Source: an uncultured Acidobacteriota bacterium
GTDB taxonomy: Bacteria > Acidobacteriota > Thermoanaerobaculia > Gp7-AA8
Length of the DNA: 64,000 nt
Assembly: GCA_963822445.1 (NCBI GenBank)
Contig: CAWGHO010000003.1
Location: 1,600,001 to 1,664,000, forward strand
Reading direction: 5' to 3'
Part shown: in pieces, positions 62,630 to 64,000 of the stretch
How the letters are laid out: every line of letters starts with the position of its first letter
How positions within the stretch are numbered: position 1 is the first letter of the stretch
Program-made: the position numbers and the translations under genes
Notes under the pieces: model-generated
What the model saw: the letters and a program-made list of their open reading frames with translations, nothing else
Database searches by the model: none
What the model was told of the DNA's origin: nothing

Positions 62630-64000
62630 ATGGCACTTGAACAAAAACTACATCTAAAACTCAGCCAGAAGCTGATCATGACGCCGTCGTTGCAGCAGGC
62701 GATCAAGCTGCTGCAACTCTCGAAGCTCGAGCTCCAGGAAGTCCTCAACCAGGAGCTGCTGGAGAACCCCCTTCTCGAGGAGACCGCCGAAGAAGCGAAG
62801 GCCGAGGAAACGCCCGCCGAAGAGACCGAGGCGAAGAGCGAGACCGACGAGCCGCCGAAAGTCGAGACCCAGGACAAAGACAAGGATTCGTTCGACGAGA
62901 TCGACTACGACGCCTACTTCCAGGACTACATCGAATACGGCTACAACCCCCGGGGGATGTCCGAGGAGCACGAAGAGTTCCCGATCGAGAACACCCTCAC
63001 CCGGCCGCCCAACCTCGCCGATCACCTGACCTGGCAGCTCTCCATGTCCGACGCCTCACCGCGGACCAAGGAGATCGCCCAGTTCATCATCGGCAACATC
63101 GACGAGGACGGATACCTCCGCGCCTCGAACGACGAGATCGTGGCCTCGGGCAACTTCGAGCCGGAAGAGGTGGAGAAGGCCGTCGCCGCGGTGCAATCCC
63201 TCGATCCGATCGGCGTCGGCGCGCGCGATCTTCGCGAGTGCCTGCTGCTCCAGCTCCGCTTCCTCGAGATCGACGAGCCGCTCGTCGAAGTCGTCATTCG
63301 CGATCACTGGGACGAGTTCATGCAGCGCAAATTCGTCCCCCTGGCGAAGTCCCTCGGTATCGACATGAAGTCTCTCGAGGGCATCGTTGAGATCATCAAG
63401 CACCTCGATCCCAAGCCCGGGAGGAAATACTCCAATGAGCGAGCGATCTACGTCGAGCCCGATGTTTACGTTCATAAGGTTGGGGACGAGTACGTAATCG
63501 TTCTGAACGAAGACGGGATGCCCAAGCTGCGCATCAACAGCGGCTACCGCTCGATGCTCAACTCGATGGATTCCAAATCGGATGGCGAGACCGTCAACTA
63601 CATCAAGGACAAGATCCGCTCCGCGGTGTGGCTGATCAAATCGCTCGACCAGCGCCAGCGCACGATCTACAAGGTTGCCGAGTCGATCGTGAAGCACCAG
63701 CGGGAGTTCCTCGAAAAAGGCATCGACTTCCTCCGCCCGCTGGTTCTGCGCGACGTGGCCGACGACATCCAGATGCACGAGTCGACCGTCTCCCGCGTCG
63801 TTTCCAACAAGTACATGCACACGCCGCGCGGCCTGTTCCTGATGAAGTACTTCTTCCACAGCGGCATCGACTCCGATACCGGCGAAGACATCTCCTCGCT
63901 GACCGTGAAGAAGAAGATCCAGAGCTACATCGAGAACGAGGATCCCCGCAAGCCCCTCAGCGATTCGAAGATCATGAAGATCCTCAACGACGAGGGCATC
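62630..64000 (+). CDS. rpoN: RNA polymerase sigma-54 factor (runs off window)
   Basis: [59 protein letters not shown]. Confidence 0.96.
   Translation, partial: MALEQKLHLKLSQKLIMTPSLQQAIKLLQLSKLELQEVLNQELLENPLLEETAEEAKAEETPAEETEAKSETDEPPKVETQDKDKDSFDEIDYDAYFQDYIEYGYNPRGMSEEHEEFPIENTLTRPPNLADHLTWQLSMSDASPRTKEIAQFIIGNIDEDGYLRASNDEIVASGNFEPEEVEKAVAAVQSLDPIGVGARDLRECLLLQLRFLEIDEPLVEVVIRDHWDEFMQRKFVPLAKSLGIDMKSLEGIVEIIKHLDPKPGRKYSNERAIYVEPDVYVHKVGDEYVIVLNEDGMPKLRINSGYRSMLNSMDSKSDGETVNYIKDKIRSAVWLIKSLDQRQRTIYKVAESIVKHQREFLEKGIDFLRPLVLRDVADDIQMHESTVSRVVSNKYMHTPRGLFLMKYFFHSGIDSDTGEDISSLTVKKKIQSYIENEDPRKPLSDSKIMKILNDEGI

Overview
GC-rich bacterial chromosome segment, most likely Acidobacteriota (Thermoanaerobaculia-like; inferred from paralogous acidobacterial-type VWA proteins and a DUF4388-type protein). 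It is mostly a housekeeping backbone: aspS, aroB, PBP1A, uvrB, uvrC, rnpB, recG, trpS-scpAB-rluB-cmk-rpsA-sppA-ihfB, lpxB-msbA, yicC-gmk-rpoZ-coaBC, UDG, priA, accA, recJ, lptC/A-lptB-rpoN. Accessory material comprises a complete IS481 element with a CCTAGG duplication, two toxin-antitoxin-like pairs, a kinase-less RedAB(C)-like membrane module, and a Cys-rich microprotein plus Ig-like protein islet. Many conserved genes carry single-base frameshifts, most likely long-read errors. The most unusual non-coding signal is a family of inverted short-tandem-repeat elements: about four 8-bp units, a spacer, then the reverse-complement array. They share architecture but not sequence, sit at gene junctions, and in one case enclose a whole cargo gene between lptA and lptB. 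Also seen: two REP-like palindrome families, IHF-consensus sites at promoters, and pervasive -10 hexamers directly upstream of start codons (leaderless genes). Product calls come from motif recognition only; no searches were run.
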